Source: Neoconidiobolus thromboides FSU 785 (taxonomy: Eukaryota; Fungi; Entomophthoromycota). From it: DNA of 64,000 nucleotides. Shown here piece by piece: positions 14,151 to 27,825 of the stretch; the first letter of the stretch is position 1; each line of letters starts with the position of its first letter. Position numbers and translations under genes: made by a program. The stretch is from positions 18,984-82,983 of the forward strand of contig MU626349.1 of NCBI GenBank assembly GCA_025603075.1. Reading direction: 5' to 3'. The notes beneath the pieces were generated by a model, which worked only from the letters and a program-made list of their open reading frames with translations, made no database searches and was not told the DNA's origin.

Positions 14151-14257
14151 GTATGGGGGTGTATTTTTGTATTTAAGAATTTTACTCACAATTTTTCTAC
14201 TCAAATAATGCTTAAAAAATGGAAAAAATAATGAAGCCAAAAAAAACATCCCCGTAT
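14151..14257 (-). mobile_element. MITE copy 3, right arm of an inverted pair; flanks GTAT/GTAT
   Basis: Near-perfect reverse complement of copy 2; non-palindromic 4-bp direct repeat at both ends. Confidence 0.85.
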
Positions 14258-15079
14258 AATGTTTTAAATAAAGGTTTGTTTCCTGTTAGATGCTGTAGTT
14301 TTTTATATACTGGATTATTTAGCAAAATCATAAAAGCTTTAATTAAAACTCTACATTTAACTAATGTTATTAATTTAAAAATTCCCTGCATCTTATAGTC
14401 TTTTATCGATATGCTTTATTTTATCTGATGCTTCTAACTACTATTTCTTAAAAGACGCCACCTTAGGGATGCATTTTTGGTAAAAGCTATATGTTAAACT
14501 TAAGAGTTTTGATATCATATAATATAAAAGATAAGGTTACTTTTATTACATCTTGTTAATAAGTTAAGGTAGATATTGGTTAGTAGCCTACATATATATA
14601 ATAAGGAGTATTGGATACTAAATTCAATTTTATTTAAAAGTGAATAGAAGTGATAAATCGACTAACAATAAAATTTTGCAAAATGTTAGTGACTAGAATA
14701 TAAGTACAAGTTTGTTTATATTCAACCGCTCATTCTTTTAATCAAAACAAATACAGTCTAATTCAATGATACGTTTATAAAATGGTGAAAACTGTCACTC
14801 ATTATGCTTACAATTGTATCTCATTATATTATATTCTTTTTACTATAAATACCAAGTTATTTTAATTTAATTACCACGAAAGTTTATTTTAACATCTACA
14901 TAAAGTCAGAATCGTGCTTAATATAGTTAAATTTATACTTTTTGAAATTTATTTTTGATTTTAAAAAATAATTTTAATCTATCTACTTTATCCTTTCCAA
15001 TAATAAAATAAGAGAAGCAAGTTTAACTTAAAGGCTCAATTCTTTAGGCAAATATACAATAAAAATACTTGAAATATTT

Positions 15080-15437
15080 TTAGTGCTGGTTTTTATGCTG
15101 TTTAACTAAATTGTTTTTATATTGTTGATCGAACTCATTTGCTATAAAATATGGTAAACATATAAACAAAAAAATAATGAATAATAGCTTACGATTGTAT
15201 AAAAGTAATTTTTCAATCAAGTCAACATGGGTCAAAATCATTCTTCTACAGCAATAGCGAGTTAAACCACAATCATCCAAGGCTTCTCTAGTAATAGAAA
15301 TTTCAGTATAATTTTTAATGAAAAATTGTATTTGATTACTTTTTGCTGAGTCCATCATTGGCCATCCTTGATTTGTAATGTTCCCATACATTTCCGACTA
15401 CTTTACCACATGAAAAACATCTTACTGGTACAATCAT
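15080..15437 (-). CDS. RPB10: RNA polymerase I/II/III shared subunit RPB10, 3 exons
   Basis: [16 protein letters not shown]...|[31 protein letters not shown]; intron 15288-15339 and a second intron before the tail. Confidence 0.95.
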
Positions 15438-15877
15438 TTTAATTCAACAAGCTTAGTTTATAGAATCCCAAAAATTCAAACTTATTTTTGGTGGGATTTA
15501 TTTTGACCAATCATAAAGACTGTTTTTATAGGATATAAAAGCTAACTCAAATCAAAAATTTATAACCTAACAATCAAATAAGCCCATAAAAAAAATGATC
15601 ATAAAACTACACATTGATATTTTTTCAAATTGTTACTGAAACCCTTGGTTGAGTTATGTATATCCAAAATATAAACAAGTAATATTTTGAATTATTTTAT
15701 ATTTTTGACTTAACTTACCTCAATCTAAGATTAATCTAAAAATTTACTTATTGTGACAACAAATCAGCGATCGATAGCAAATTTAAAAATTATGTAGTTC
15801 AAAAATGGAAAAAAAGTTTTACGAAATTTTCGAAAGCTAAAATTCAAAATCATTTTTTATTACTATAATTTTTAAAA

Positions 15878-17445
15878 ATGAAAGGAACAATAACACAAAC
15901 AATGATATTTGCGAAACATATTTCCAAGGTAAGCAATGTTTTCTTTAATTTAATGCCAATAATAATCAATTAGTTTCAAAAAACTCCTCTACGTACTTTG
16001 GCCAACATATCCAATATCAAACTAGAACCAACCAAGAACAAACAAAAGAAAGATATCGATTTTTCGAAAAAATTAAAAGAAGGACCAAGTTTTGCTGATT
16101 TCGTTAGTACCAAAGAAAAACCTTTGACACCAGAAGAAGCTTTGGAGCTCAAAGAGCCAGTTAATCCTACCAAAGCACAAAGCACAAAAGGGAAATCAAA
16201 ACAGTAAGGCATAATATTGATAATAAGTAACAGATATTAAATTTAATAGTGTACGTTTACCACAATGGCTTAAAACGGATATACCAATGGGAAAAAATTT
16301 TACTAAGATAAAGGAAAACTTAAGAGAATTAAAGCTACATACAGTAATAAATTAATTCAAATTAGAGAATAGAGTTAAACTAGAATTTTAGGTCTGTGAA
16401 GAGGCTAAATGTCCAAACATCTCAGACTGTTGGGGCGGTGGCGAGCATCAAACAGCCACAGCTACTATCATGGTAATTTTTATTTATTTATATTAAAATT
16501 TGGTCTTATTTTATAAGTTAATGGGAGATGAATGTACTAGAGGCTGCAGATTTTGTTCAGTTAAAACAAACCGAAACCCAAAACCTTTAGACCCCCATGA
16601 ACCTGAACATACTGCTGAAGCCATTTCAAGATGGGGTCTCGATTATGTTGTTTTAACTTCTGTTGATCGTGATGGTAATTATAAAATTTAGCATCATATA
16701 TATAACAATTTATTAACTTTATTCATAGATTTAAGCGATGGTGGGTCAAACCATTTTGCTTCAACTATCATGAAAATCAAACAAAAGTAAGCAGTCTATT
16801 AGTTTTTTGAGTTATATTTTAACATAGATATCAAGAGCACCACAGATCTTAGTTGAATGCTTAACAGGAGATTTCCAAGGGAATTTAGATGATGTGGCAC
16901 GAGTCGCACGCTCTGGACTTGATGTATATGCTCATAATTTAGAGACAGTAGAGGACCTTACACCCTATGTTCGTGACCGTCGTGCTAAATACCGTCAATC
17001 TTTAGCTGTTTTAGAGCATGCTAAAAAAACAGTTCCAAGTTTGATAACAAAGACCTCTATCATGCTAGGTTGTGGTGAGCGTGATGAAGAGGTCTTGCAA
17101 ACTATGAAGGGTATGTTAAAATTTACGAGACTACTTAAATAGAGGACTAATTAATATATTTTAGATTTACGTGCAGCCGATGTAGATTGCTTAACTTTAG
17201 GGCAGTATATGCGCCCAACTAAGAAACATATGAAGGTTAGTGAGTATGTGACACCAGAAAAATTTGCACATTGGCAAAAGATGGGAGATTCTTTAGGGTT
17301 TAAATATGTTGCTAGTGGACCACTAGTAAGATCTTCCTATAAAGCAGGAGAGTTCTATATTTCTAATATATTGAAACAACGTAAGAAGGATAATGTGGTT
17401 GAAGTTCAAACTAAATCAAAGGAGGAAGATGCAAGACTTTCGTAA
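15878..17445 (+). CDS. LIP5: Mitochondrial lipoyl synthase, multi-exon
   Basis: [40 protein letters not shown] (radical SAM CxxxCxxC), [20 protein letters not shown]. Confidence 0.95.
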
Positions 17446-17875
17446 AAATTATTTTAAATATTTGTAGTATTGTATAAATAGTTTGTTATAACTGTTGATT
17501 CATTATTATTGTTTCTCAAGTGGGAACTGTCCTATTTTATCTAATGATTAAAATTATACCTATTTTTTAATGATTGATCTTTTTGTTTAACTGTATTATA
17601 GCATTTAATATGTGAGTTTTAAATATATATTCCTTTTTAACATAAGAAAAATAAGTGCATATAGATAAATTAACACACATAACTTAAAGCTTACCAGTTG
17701 TAGCTTAGTATCTAAGTACATTTAATTTTATCCATAAATTTCAAAATATTTTGCAATTTGTTCTGATCCCCAAAATCAGGCAGGGTTCTAATTGGCTAAT
17801 AAAACTCTTCAATTTTATTTCGAGATTAAAAACTAATCTACTTGACTTAAACTCTTTTGCTAATAAACTAAAAAA

Positions 17876-18835
17876 ATGGATGAACAAGATATTATGATCG
17901 ATGGCAGTTTCACTGGAAATTCTGGTGCCCATCAAGCACAAACTACAGAATATGACATGGAAGATAACTCAGTTGCTCCCAAGCCCCAATTTAAACCTTT
18001 TGAAGAGAAAAAAACGGTAAGTGAAAATCAGTTATCTAGCTCTAAATGTTAGTCCAGAGTAGAAAATAACTTATTTTTCAGATCAACAGAAATGAACGCC
18101 GTAAAGTGCCTATTCCACAACATCGTATGGCCCCTTTAAGAAAGGAATGGATGAAGCTTTATACCCCCGTTGTTGAACATTTAAAGCTAAATATTAGAAT
18201 GAATGTTAAAAGTAAAACTGTGGAGCTTGCTGTAAAATTTTTATTAATGTTTTTTTTAACGTTATTAAATTTGCTTTTATAGACTTCAGAACTTACTGAA
18301 GAACAAAGTGCTTTACAAAAAGGCGCTGACTTTGTGAAGGCTTTTGCTTTAGGGTTTAATTTAGATGTATGACTTGTATAATATTTATCAAAAGTGGTTT
18401 TAATTATTCTTTAGGATTCAATTGCTTTACTTCGATTAGATGAATTATATATTGACAGTTTTGAAATTAAAGATGGTAATAGATTTTAAAAATAGCGAAA
18501 AAGCATTGACTAACTAAAAATCTAGTTAAAACGCTTCAAGGAGACCATCTTTCAAGAGCTATTGGTCGTATTGCAGGGAAGGATGGAAAAACCAAGTTCA
18601 CCATTGAAAATACTACCAAAACGCGTATTGTGTTGGCAGATACGTAATGATAATTAATACTTCATTGGTTTAAAATTTATTAATTTAATTTAATAGTAAA
18701 ATTCACATTCTTGGCTCATTCCAAAACATTAGAATTGCCAAAGATGCTGTCTGTTCCCTAATCTTAGGTTCTCCACCAGGCAAAGTATATTCAACGTTAA
18801 GAACTATTTCTTCCCGTCTTAAGGAAAGGTTTTAA
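17876..18835 (+). CDS. PNO1: Pre-rRNA processing KH protein PNO1/DIM2, multi-exon
   Basis: [68 protein letters not shown]. Confidence 0.93.
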
Positions 18836-19727
18836 TTTAAAGCGCCCTTTTTATTGTACCTTTTATGTTTTAGTATATTCTTCGTACACCAAAATGTTCT
18901 TCTAACATATATAATTATAAATATAGATTATAAACTTAATAGTACTAAATTTAACTTTTTATTTTTATACTTTCAATTACAAAGGATAAATTATGTTGAG
19001 GCAAACCAATATTCAGTCTTATGTTTTATACCCTTAGTGAATAATTGCTTTTATTATACTAAAATTATTTTGAGCGTTTTCAAAAAATAAAATTTAATTA
19101 TCCACCTACATGGTCGATAAAACAGTCTATTTTATTTAAGCGTTGTTTTTCAAGGTTGATAAATTATTTAGATGAAATATTACTTTATAAAAATATTTTT
19201 AATATAATACACCACAGTTAAAAACACTACTCTTTATTATCTCTATTTTATAATACTTTAATTGATCACTTTTTGAACTCAGTTTAAAAAACCACTTATT
19301 ATAAAAATGTGGAGGAGCCTCTTTTTTTCAGGATTTTGTCCATTTTTATGCAACTTAAAATCCAAAATTTTTTTCTAAGTAAATTTTGAAAAAAGTTCGT
19401 TTATACATTTTTATATAAATAAATGAATTATTTGGATGAAAACATTCAGACGTGTCTAAAACTTAGTAATAGCCTTAAACTATTAAAATTTCTACTAATA
19501 TTTTTATAAAAGTTTTTTATTAAAACAGATTCTGCTAAGAATTAGCTTAAGAATATTCAAACTGATCCACGAATTTGATGGGAGCAAAAAAGTTAGAAAC
19601 TATTATCCATCATTTAATTGGATAAACCAGATCTGACCACTTAAGCCCAATACACTAAAATTTACGTCATATAAAATGACCTCAAAGTCAGAATTTCCCC
19701 AAAACTTTTAACCTAGTAATATTAACA

Positions 19728-19961
19728 ATGTTTAAATCATCAATCCGTCGTATTGTACAAGTCCCAATGGTCAGTGGTAGACGTCTTTATAGCGAAGCCC
19801 GTGCCGGAAGTGACTCTTTTGGTAAAAGAGAAAAGGCTGCTGAAGACCAATATGTTCGTAAACACGAGCAAGAGCAGCTTAAAAAGTTGAGAGAGCAACT
19901 TGAAAAGACCCAAAAGGAAGTTGAAGACCTCGAAAAGAAAATTAATCAAAAAGGAAACTAA
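19728..19961 (+). CDS. INH1: Mitochondrial F1Fo ATPase inhibitor IF1 (INH1/STF1-like)
   Basis: Presequence-like start, then [30 protein letters not shown] coiled coil. Confidence 0.88.
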   Translation: MFKSSIRRIVQVPMVSGRRLYSEARAGSDSFGKREKAAEDQYVRKHEQEQLKKLREQLEKTQKEVEDLEKKINQKGN

Positions 19962-20052
19962 ACGCTTTTTGTATTAACCACAAGCTTTTTTAATAAAAAA
20001 TCGTTGTATTTGATTGTATTCTTTTTTTACTTTTTTACTTTTTTTTGTTTTT

Positions 20053-20975
20053 ATGGATTTAAATAATATTGAAAGCTTGGCTGAAGAGATTTTAAAACGT
20101 TATGATAAGTAATTTTGGCAGCTTCATTTTAAGTTTACTTTAATATTCATCTAGCTCTAATGACGATGATAGATATATAATTTTAGTTGCTGGTAAATTT
20201 TTTATAAACATTTAACATTTATTTTATAATAAAGGAATTCCCGGTTCTGGTAAAACGACTTTAGCCAACGATTTAGTCAGTCGAATCAATCAACTTCTTC
20301 AAGAAGAAGTCAGTATAGCCTTACCTATGGACGGTTTTCATTTAACTAAAGAACAATTGTCTCATTTTGAAGTAATGTTTATAAATTTTCATTGAATAAA
20401 ATTAATTCAGATTAAGGATCCTGAAGAAGCATTTAAAAGAAGAGGAGCTCCTTGGACTTTTGATGCTAAAAGTAGTTTACTATACTTAATTTTACTTATT
20501 TTACTAATATATAGGTTTTCACATGTGCTTACAAGAATTAAAGCAGTCTAAAGATACTTTTTATTTTCCTTCCTTTGACCACTCCGTTGGTGATCCTGTA
20601 GATAAGGGTATAAAAATATTATCAAGGTAATATCCTTCTTACTTTCGATCAATTTTTAACTATTTTCAAAGTCATAGGCTTATAATTGTTGAAGGAAACT
20701 ATTTACTTTATGATGGTCCCATATGGAAAGACTTAAATTTATTAGCCAAATTCACCTTATTTTTAAACTGTCCACTTGGGTTAGCAAAAGAACGTTTGAT
20801 TAAAAGACATATGGAAGCTGGCATAGGTAATTTACTTATTGATTGTAGATATAATTAACAATGCAAACTAGAAAATACCTACGAAAACGCTTTGAATAGA
20901 GCAACGAATAATGATCTAAAGAATGCAGAGTTAATCTTGAATAATATTGTTAAGCCTGATAAATTTTTACTTTAA
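20053..20975 (+). CDS. P-loop kinase of the phosphoribulokinase/uridine kinase family (YFH7/YggC-like), multi-exon
   Basis: GIPGSGKTT Walker A, LPMDGFHL, RRGAPWTFD, FPSFDHSVGDP, IVEGNYLL. Confidence 0.85.
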
Positions 20976-21157
20976 CTATTAATGTTGAAATAAAATTTAA
21001 AAAAATTATTGTACATTCTAAGCTAATAAATTATTTTAATCTAAATAGGAATACACTTCATGATATTGCTATTAAAGGCTGTGATTGTGATTCAAATTTA
21101 TTTATAATTACCAATCAATAATAATAATAACTACTTTAATCTATAAAAATAAGTGCT

Positions 21158-21944
21158 CTATGAAGAATTATTAAATCTCTGAAAAAATTCAGTAAAAGCT
21201 ACAGCCAATCTAGATTTAATGGCACCAAGGGAGTCAATAGCTGGGCGAACATCTAAAACAAACTCTGGGGCATCTTCATGTGGGTTTTCATCTCCTGCAT
21301 AATAATCGATTACATATCTAACTTCTTTACCACATCTATCTACAATCCAATCATGTCTATCAAATGGTTTTGGAGCACTAAAAAAATTAGCTACTATATT
21401 TTATAAGTAAGCATAGTAAGTACCCAAAGAAAGTGGTATAAAACCAAGCTTTTGGTGACATTTCTTTCGGTCTACCACTAAACCTTAATAGCTTAGGATC
21501 TGAACAGTCACTAAAAAATGCCACATAAAAATATTATAATCAATAAGTAAATTAGTGTTACCAGTTACTTAGTTTCTCCCATTTCAACACTTCATTCCAA
21601 GCCCCTTCGTTTAAAAAGTTATGTATATCAACCATAGTATCAATATGTTCAACTGGAGTTTCCATACCCTTTCTTAATAAAGCGTTATAAAATTGTTGTG
21701 GTGAAGGGTATTCCCAACGATTGATGTTTCCATTATTTCCTTCTACACTCATTGGGATACTTGATATTTCTCTCTCTGTTGATAATTTTTCTTCATTTTC
21801 ATTGAGTCTTCTATTAGGTAAATAAGGCATATTATTAGCAGGGTTCATTCCTAATTCGGCTTTTGACATGGGGCATTTTGATGCATCTACATTTTTAGTT
21901 TCTTCCTTTTTATGCATTGGACAGGCTGGTGGTGGTGTACTCAT
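21158..21944 (-). CDS. CYC3: Holocytochrome c synthase (cytochrome c heme lyase), 3 exons; an in-frame upstream ATG also exists at 22031
   Basis: CPM heme-regulatory motifs, [57 protein letters not shown]. Confidence 0.9.
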
Positions 21945-22240
21945 CTTTATTCTTTTATATCTAAATTTTTTGATTTCTTGATCAAAGATAAGATCAAACT
22001 CAAATTTATTTTCACTATTTAAACCAACCATTTTAATGCTCAGCTGTGATGCATCCAATTATCTACTGCCGTTTTGATATTAATTCTTAAGTCATAAATT
22101 TAGAAAACAAGAGTTCCCTATTTTTCGAAGCATATTCAAGTATCCAATGAAATCGATTGTAATTTGTCCACCTATTTTTTCCCCAGCAATAAACTTTAGA
22201 ACTAAATTACTTGAGTTATCTTTTTAATATTTATTAAAAA

Positions 22241-22887
22241 ATGGTAAATTTAGTTATACATAACCTTCGATTTAAACCTAATATAAACGAATAGGCCAAT
22301 TTAAGCGAAGAACATATAGGAGGTAAATTAAAAAGAGAGGATTAAAAAGTTAAGAAGCTAATTCAATTGTAGAAATCCGCGAAGCCTTTTCATTATTTGA
22401 TAAAACAGGAAATGGGACCATTTCCACCTCTTCAGTAGGAGAACTTTTACGTGCTTTATGCCAAAATCCAACCGAATCTGAGCTTAGAGAAATTATTACT
22501 GGTTTACCAGATAACAGTGGTATGGTTGATTTTGAAACATTTTTAACTATTTTACAAAGACCTGGTGGTTTTAAACCGGCTGGTGAAGTCGAAGACTTTG
22601 TTCAAGCTTTTCAAGTGTTTGATAAAGATCGTACCGGTTTTATTTCTGTTGGTGAGCTTAGATATGGTAATAGAGTTTCTTTTTTTGGAATATTTTAGCT
22701 TATGTTTTTTAGTTCTTACTTCATTGGGTGATAAACTTACCGACGCTGAAGTTGATGAACTTCTAAAGGGCGTAGAGGTTACAAAAGAAGGTCATATTAA
22801 CTATGAAGGTAGTTTTCTCATCAATGTTTTTTATTTTTATTTTAATGCAAATTTTTAGATTTTGTTAAAATGCTTCTTAATTCTTAA
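22241..22887 (+). CDS. MLC1: EF-hand myosin light chain (Mlc1/Cdc4-like); first exon is the ATG only
   Basis: EIREAFSLFDK, GELLRALCQNPTESE, FVQAFQVFDKDRTGFISVGELRY|VLTSLGDKLTDAEVDELL. Confidence 0.88.
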
Positions 22888-23435
22888 ATTAATAAAACAG
22901 TATTTTTAACCTTTTGAGTATATACTAATTCTATTCGTGTATATTGACATTAATTTTTATTCAAAATCAATATGTTCCTTTTTCAAATAGTCCAAAATTA
23001 ATGGATGGTAATTATTTATCGGACTATTAATTGTTTATTTAAAAAACATTTTTGATTATATTAAATACATGAACTGTAATTCGGATTTAATTATATTGTA
23101 CATTTATTAAATAAATTTTCAAATAGTTTGTTATTCTAGTTCTAATTCTTATTTTTGATAATCATGCTGAATAATTATCTATATTTCATAATATTATATA
23201 TTAGTTCTTATTTGATTTATTGATTTCATATAATAAAGCAAATCTGTTATTTGACTCCACAATTGAACATAACCTCAACCTGATCTAATCTATAATAGTC
23301 ACAAGATTTACGTAAATACTATTGATTGGTTTATTAAACAATTAACTTAAAATAATTAACAAGATTTTAAAAATTATAAAAACAATTGATTTCAACTGTT
23401 CTGTTACTTCAAATAAAGTATTCATTTAAAAGAAA

Positions 23436-24936
23436 ATGGGAACTCGAACAAAGTTTAGGGGATTAAGTAGCTTTGATGCTTATGCTAAAACATTAGATGA
23501 TTTTCGTATAAAGACAAGTACTGGTGGTACAGGTAAGTGATTATTAGTTTAAAATAAAAATAAAAAGTTAAAATACTAATCAATATCTCCAGTTACTTTA
23601 TTATCCTTTGGTATTATTGTGCTTTTATCATTATATGAGTTTATTGACTATAATACACTTACTTGGAAATGGGAGTTATCTGTAGATAAATCTCGTACAA
23701 AAACATTACCCATTCATTTTAATATTACTTTTCCAAGGGTACCTTGTTATTGTAAGTGAATAGGCTATTATTTATATTATACTAATATCTATTTTTTATA
23801 GTATTATCATTAGACTCCGTTCAAGCGAATGGGGAATATCAAACCAATCTTGAATCGAATATTTATAAAGTACGTTTAGATAAGGAGGGTAAAGAAGTAG
23901 ACAAAGAAGCTTTTGGTAATTTTTTAAATTTGTTCCTTTTTTTCTTTGGAATATTAAATTTATGTAAAAAGATATCAACTCAGATAAATCAAATTCAGAT
24001 GTACAAAAGGATGCAGTTACTAAAAAAAGAGGCCCCGATTATTGTGGTTCTTGTTATGGAGCTGGTAGTGAAAAACAGTGCTGTAATACATGTGATGAGA
24101 TTAAATCCGCTTATACTAAAAAAGGATGGGAAATGACTAAATTTGAAGATTTTGAGCAAGTAAGTTGTATAAAATTTCAATTTTAATCAAAATCTAATTT
24201 AATGATTAATTTTATTTAAGTGTGTATTTGAAGGCATTACATCTAAAATGAAACAACAACAAGGGGAAGGATGTAATATTCATGGAGAACTTAAAGTTAA
24301 AAAAATACCAGGTATATTTCATATTGCCTTAGGAGAATCTTTTAATTTTATGGGTATGCATATGCACAGTACATATGGTTCTTCAGCTTATGATTATTCA
24401 CATACTATTAATCAATTATCTTTTGGTGAATTGATTAATGATGTTAAAAATCCATTGGATGGGGAAGTTAACAAAAGAGAAATTGGTAAGAAAAACTTAT
24501 ATAAAATAATTTTATTTATTTACCTAAACATTTAAAAGGTCCAATAAAATTTCAATACTTTTTAAATGTAGTAGCTACTCATTTAAATTATTACGATGGA
24601 AGAAAAATTGAAACAAATCAATATTCAGTAACACAACATGAAGAAGATATGAGTGGAGAAGATACTGCTGGAATACCTGGTAATTTTTGATATGTTAATA
24701 CATTAAAAAGATAGAAAAAGAATATTAATTGAATTAATTTAGGTGTATTTTTTAAATTTGAAATTTCTCCTATGTTAGTAAGTGCTTATGAGACCAAAAA
24801 AACATTTACTTCATTTCTTACTTCTTTATGTGCTATTGTGGGTGGTATTTTAACTATTGCTGGTATTATTGATTCTGCTCTTTACAATGCTCAACGTTCA
24901 ATGCAAAAGAAAATGGAATTAGGGAAAGCTTCTTAA
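23436..24936 (+). CDS. ERV46: ER-Golgi vesicle protein ERV46/ERGIC3, multi-exon
   Basis: FDAYAKTLDDFRIKTSTGG, YCGSCYGA, CCNTCDE, EGCNIHGELKVKK, PGVFFKFEISPM, FLTSLCAIVGGILTIAGIID. Confidence 0.92.
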
Positions 24937-25314
24937 TTATAACAATAAAGTCATTTAGTAATATTTTAAGTTATTGTTATAAGTTATTAAATTAGACATG
25001 ATTATTGAATTTATTATCTATTATTATTATTTTCATTATTTTTTATCATTTTTTATATTATAATATCATTATCATAATAAAATAACGTTTAGCATTAATG
25101 ATAGTATGCAAAATAAAAAAGATTTATATTAAATTATAAAACATAATTTAATAAGTTTAATATATTAAAATAGCAACTTTTTTAGAATTTTGTGTATTTA
25201 CTTAAATTCAAAATATATCAAATAAAATAATTATAAAAGGTATATTAATCTTAGCTTCATTTTAATATATCCTATCTACCCAATTTTTATTTTATAAATT
25301 CTCATCTCACACTA

Positions 25315-26812
25315 TTAAGAAGATTCAGTAACTGCATTTGTTTCAGTTTGTTCATTCAAAGTACGTTGATTTAAAGTGGAATTGATATTACTAGTTGCAT
25401 TATTCACAGTTTTAATCACATGCTCTAAAGAAACTTTCCAATTACTCAATTCTAAAAGTAACTTATTCCAATGATCTTGTTCAAATTGACGATAAGTAGA
25501 ACGAGTAATAGTTACACTAGCTTCTAATTGATTCAGTTTAGCTTCAATTAATCCTGCACGAATAACATCAATTATATAAATTTCAATTTCAGTTTCATAT
25601 CCTTCTAATTTTTCAATAAACATACAATCAGCCAATTTGGAATAAGCAATAGGTTGACCTAAATGTTGAGTTCCTAAAGAAGCTACAGTAAGTACTCTAA
25701 TTTTGTTCAATAAACTATCTTGATCTAATTGATGAGTGGAAACTAAATCTTGATGATTGGAGATAAATTCTTTATAACTAGCCACGTCTTTAGATAAAAA
25801 AATTTCAGCTAATTGATATAATGGACTTCCATTCAATTTTTTGATGGGTTGAGATAATAATAAGGATTCAAAGTTTAATACTTCAGGTATTTGTAAAGCT
25901 TCAACTATTCCAAGTTCTCCAATTTTTAATATTTCTTCAGTTACTTCAGTTTCGGTTTCAAAAGTATATAAGTAACATAATAAAAATTCAAATGCTTCTT
26001 TTCTATTTTTTAAAAATCGAAATAAATAAATTATCGAAATAGTAAATAAATCTCTTACCTATAATCAAAATCCTTAAGAGTGTTTGAAAGTAACAAATAA
26101 AAAGCCCTAGAACGGGTAGCATCAATACCCCATTGATGGACCCAAGTTTTAATACTTGATAAAGAAGGTGTCAAACTTTTAACAATTTTGTGTTTTGCTG
26201 ATAATTTAATTATTCCTTCAAAAGCAGTACAACGCAAAGTATTGTTCTTTTCGATGGAATTGTAAAGGATTTCTAACCTATTTAGAAATAAAAGTTTAGT
26301 TTTTTTTTAAGCATTTGTATAACGAATCTATCTACTTACATGGCTAATTTAGAATACCCATTCTCATGAGAAGATTCAATTAATGAGTTAACTACATTTT
26401 GAATTAATTCAGCTAATATACTATTATCTGCTAACTTAATTTGTGATAATAATAAATTGAAAGCAGCTACAATATCTAATAACAATAATAAAAAAAGTTA
26501 AATAATAATAATAATATCCTTACTATGAGATTCTACATTTAATAAAGTAGCGGTTTCGAAAGCAAATTTTGTATAAATTTCAGACCAATTTTCACTTGAA
26601 ATTAAACTTTTTGTAGTGGAAGTTAAGCTAATTTCACTATCTTCAGTTACTTCTTTAAGTTGGTCAATAAGTGTGGCAAACTCTAAAGCCTATAAAAATA
26701 GGTTAATAAAAGGGTAATGACGAGGGTTGGTAGTAGGACGTATATTGAAAGGCAATTATAATACCTGATCTTCTTTTGTTCCTTCTACAAATACAGTATT
26801 TAATGGATCCAT
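25315..26812 (-). CDS. eIF3m: Translation initiation factor eIF3 subunit M (PCI domain), multi-exon
   Basis: WVHQWG, KIRVLTVASL, IEIYIIDVIRAGLIEAKLNQ, RSTYRQF...W. Confidence 0.85.
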
Positions 26813-27167
26813 TTTTTAACTTTTTTTTTGAATTATAAAATCAAAGTTATTTTTTTTGTTAGATTAATTTTTTTGTTAAATTAATATTATTGATAGAAAT
26901 CCAAAGGAGAATTTTATGGGATTCTTGTTAATTTAGGAACTTGAAATTTTGTTAATTATAAACTGTCATTTATTATAATCGTTAAAGTTGTTTTAGTAAA
27001 TAATAATAAAAAGGATATCAAATTAATCTTTGTTTTATATTTGTTGTTTAAAGTTTATAAATTGGTCATTCATTTCAGCTTTGAAAAATCAAACAGAGTT
27101 CTATCTAAAGTATTAATTTAAAACAATCACAATGATATTAAACTAACTATTAATTAGTAATAGAATC

Positions 27168-27825
27168 ATGGACTTAAATCCAGGTAAAAGAATCAATAGA
27201 ACCGGTTCAAGTCATTTATTAACTAACAATTCAGCTATAATTTTAAAAAGATATAAAAAGCAGGACCAACCAAAGTTAATAAGAGCATATACTATTAATG
27301 ATGAATCAAGGTAAAAATTAAAATTACTAAATTATCAAATTTAAATGACAATTTCAATAAATTAAGATATTTACTGATAACTAATGTACCAAAACTTGGA
27401 GTTGTTGAAGAACTATTAGAATTATTACAACAATATGGTAATATTATTGAGTAAGTTTTAATATTAATTGTACTTTAATTAACAATAATAGATTAATAAT
27501 TATAATGAATACTAATCAAATTACTCCCAGTTGGTGTCAACTAACTCTCCCCGATATGGAACCTTTTACTGAAATGTTTTGGTTCAAATATGAAACTTTT
27601 GAACAAGCTAGGTAAATTACTTATTTTATAGAGTTCATAACTTATTGTATATTAATGATGGTGATTATTAGATTAGCTAAAAATAAGTTAGATGATGCTA
27701 TATTTTATAGTCAGCCATTGTGGGTTAGTTATGCGCCACAATATGAAACAATAGAAGACACAAAGTTAAAATTATTAGATAGAATGGAAATGGTCAAAAG
27801 GAAAATAAAAGGAAACATAGACTAA
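27168..27825 (+). CDS. RBM48: RBM48-like RRM protein (minor-spliceosome associated), 4 exons
   Basis: RAYTINDESRYLLITNVPKLGVVEELL...MEPFTEMFWFKY...ARLAKNKLDD...LWVSYAPQYETIEDTKLKL matches the RBM48 pattern; absent from the ORF track. Confidence 0.8.

Noticed and set aside
14031-14231. ORF-track peptides at 14031, 42303, 50305 and 57593 (e.g. FFPFFKHYLSRKIVSKILK)
   Set aside because: They are translations of the MITE itself, not genes.
14464-14480. TAGGGATGCATTTTT, a possible solo MITE end
   Set aside because: Similarity is limited to about 14 bp with no internal sequence.
20620-20640. ATATCCTT U12-type donor motif
   Set aside because: It lies inside an ordinary GT-AG intron, not at its 5' end; no U12-type intron was supported in the window.
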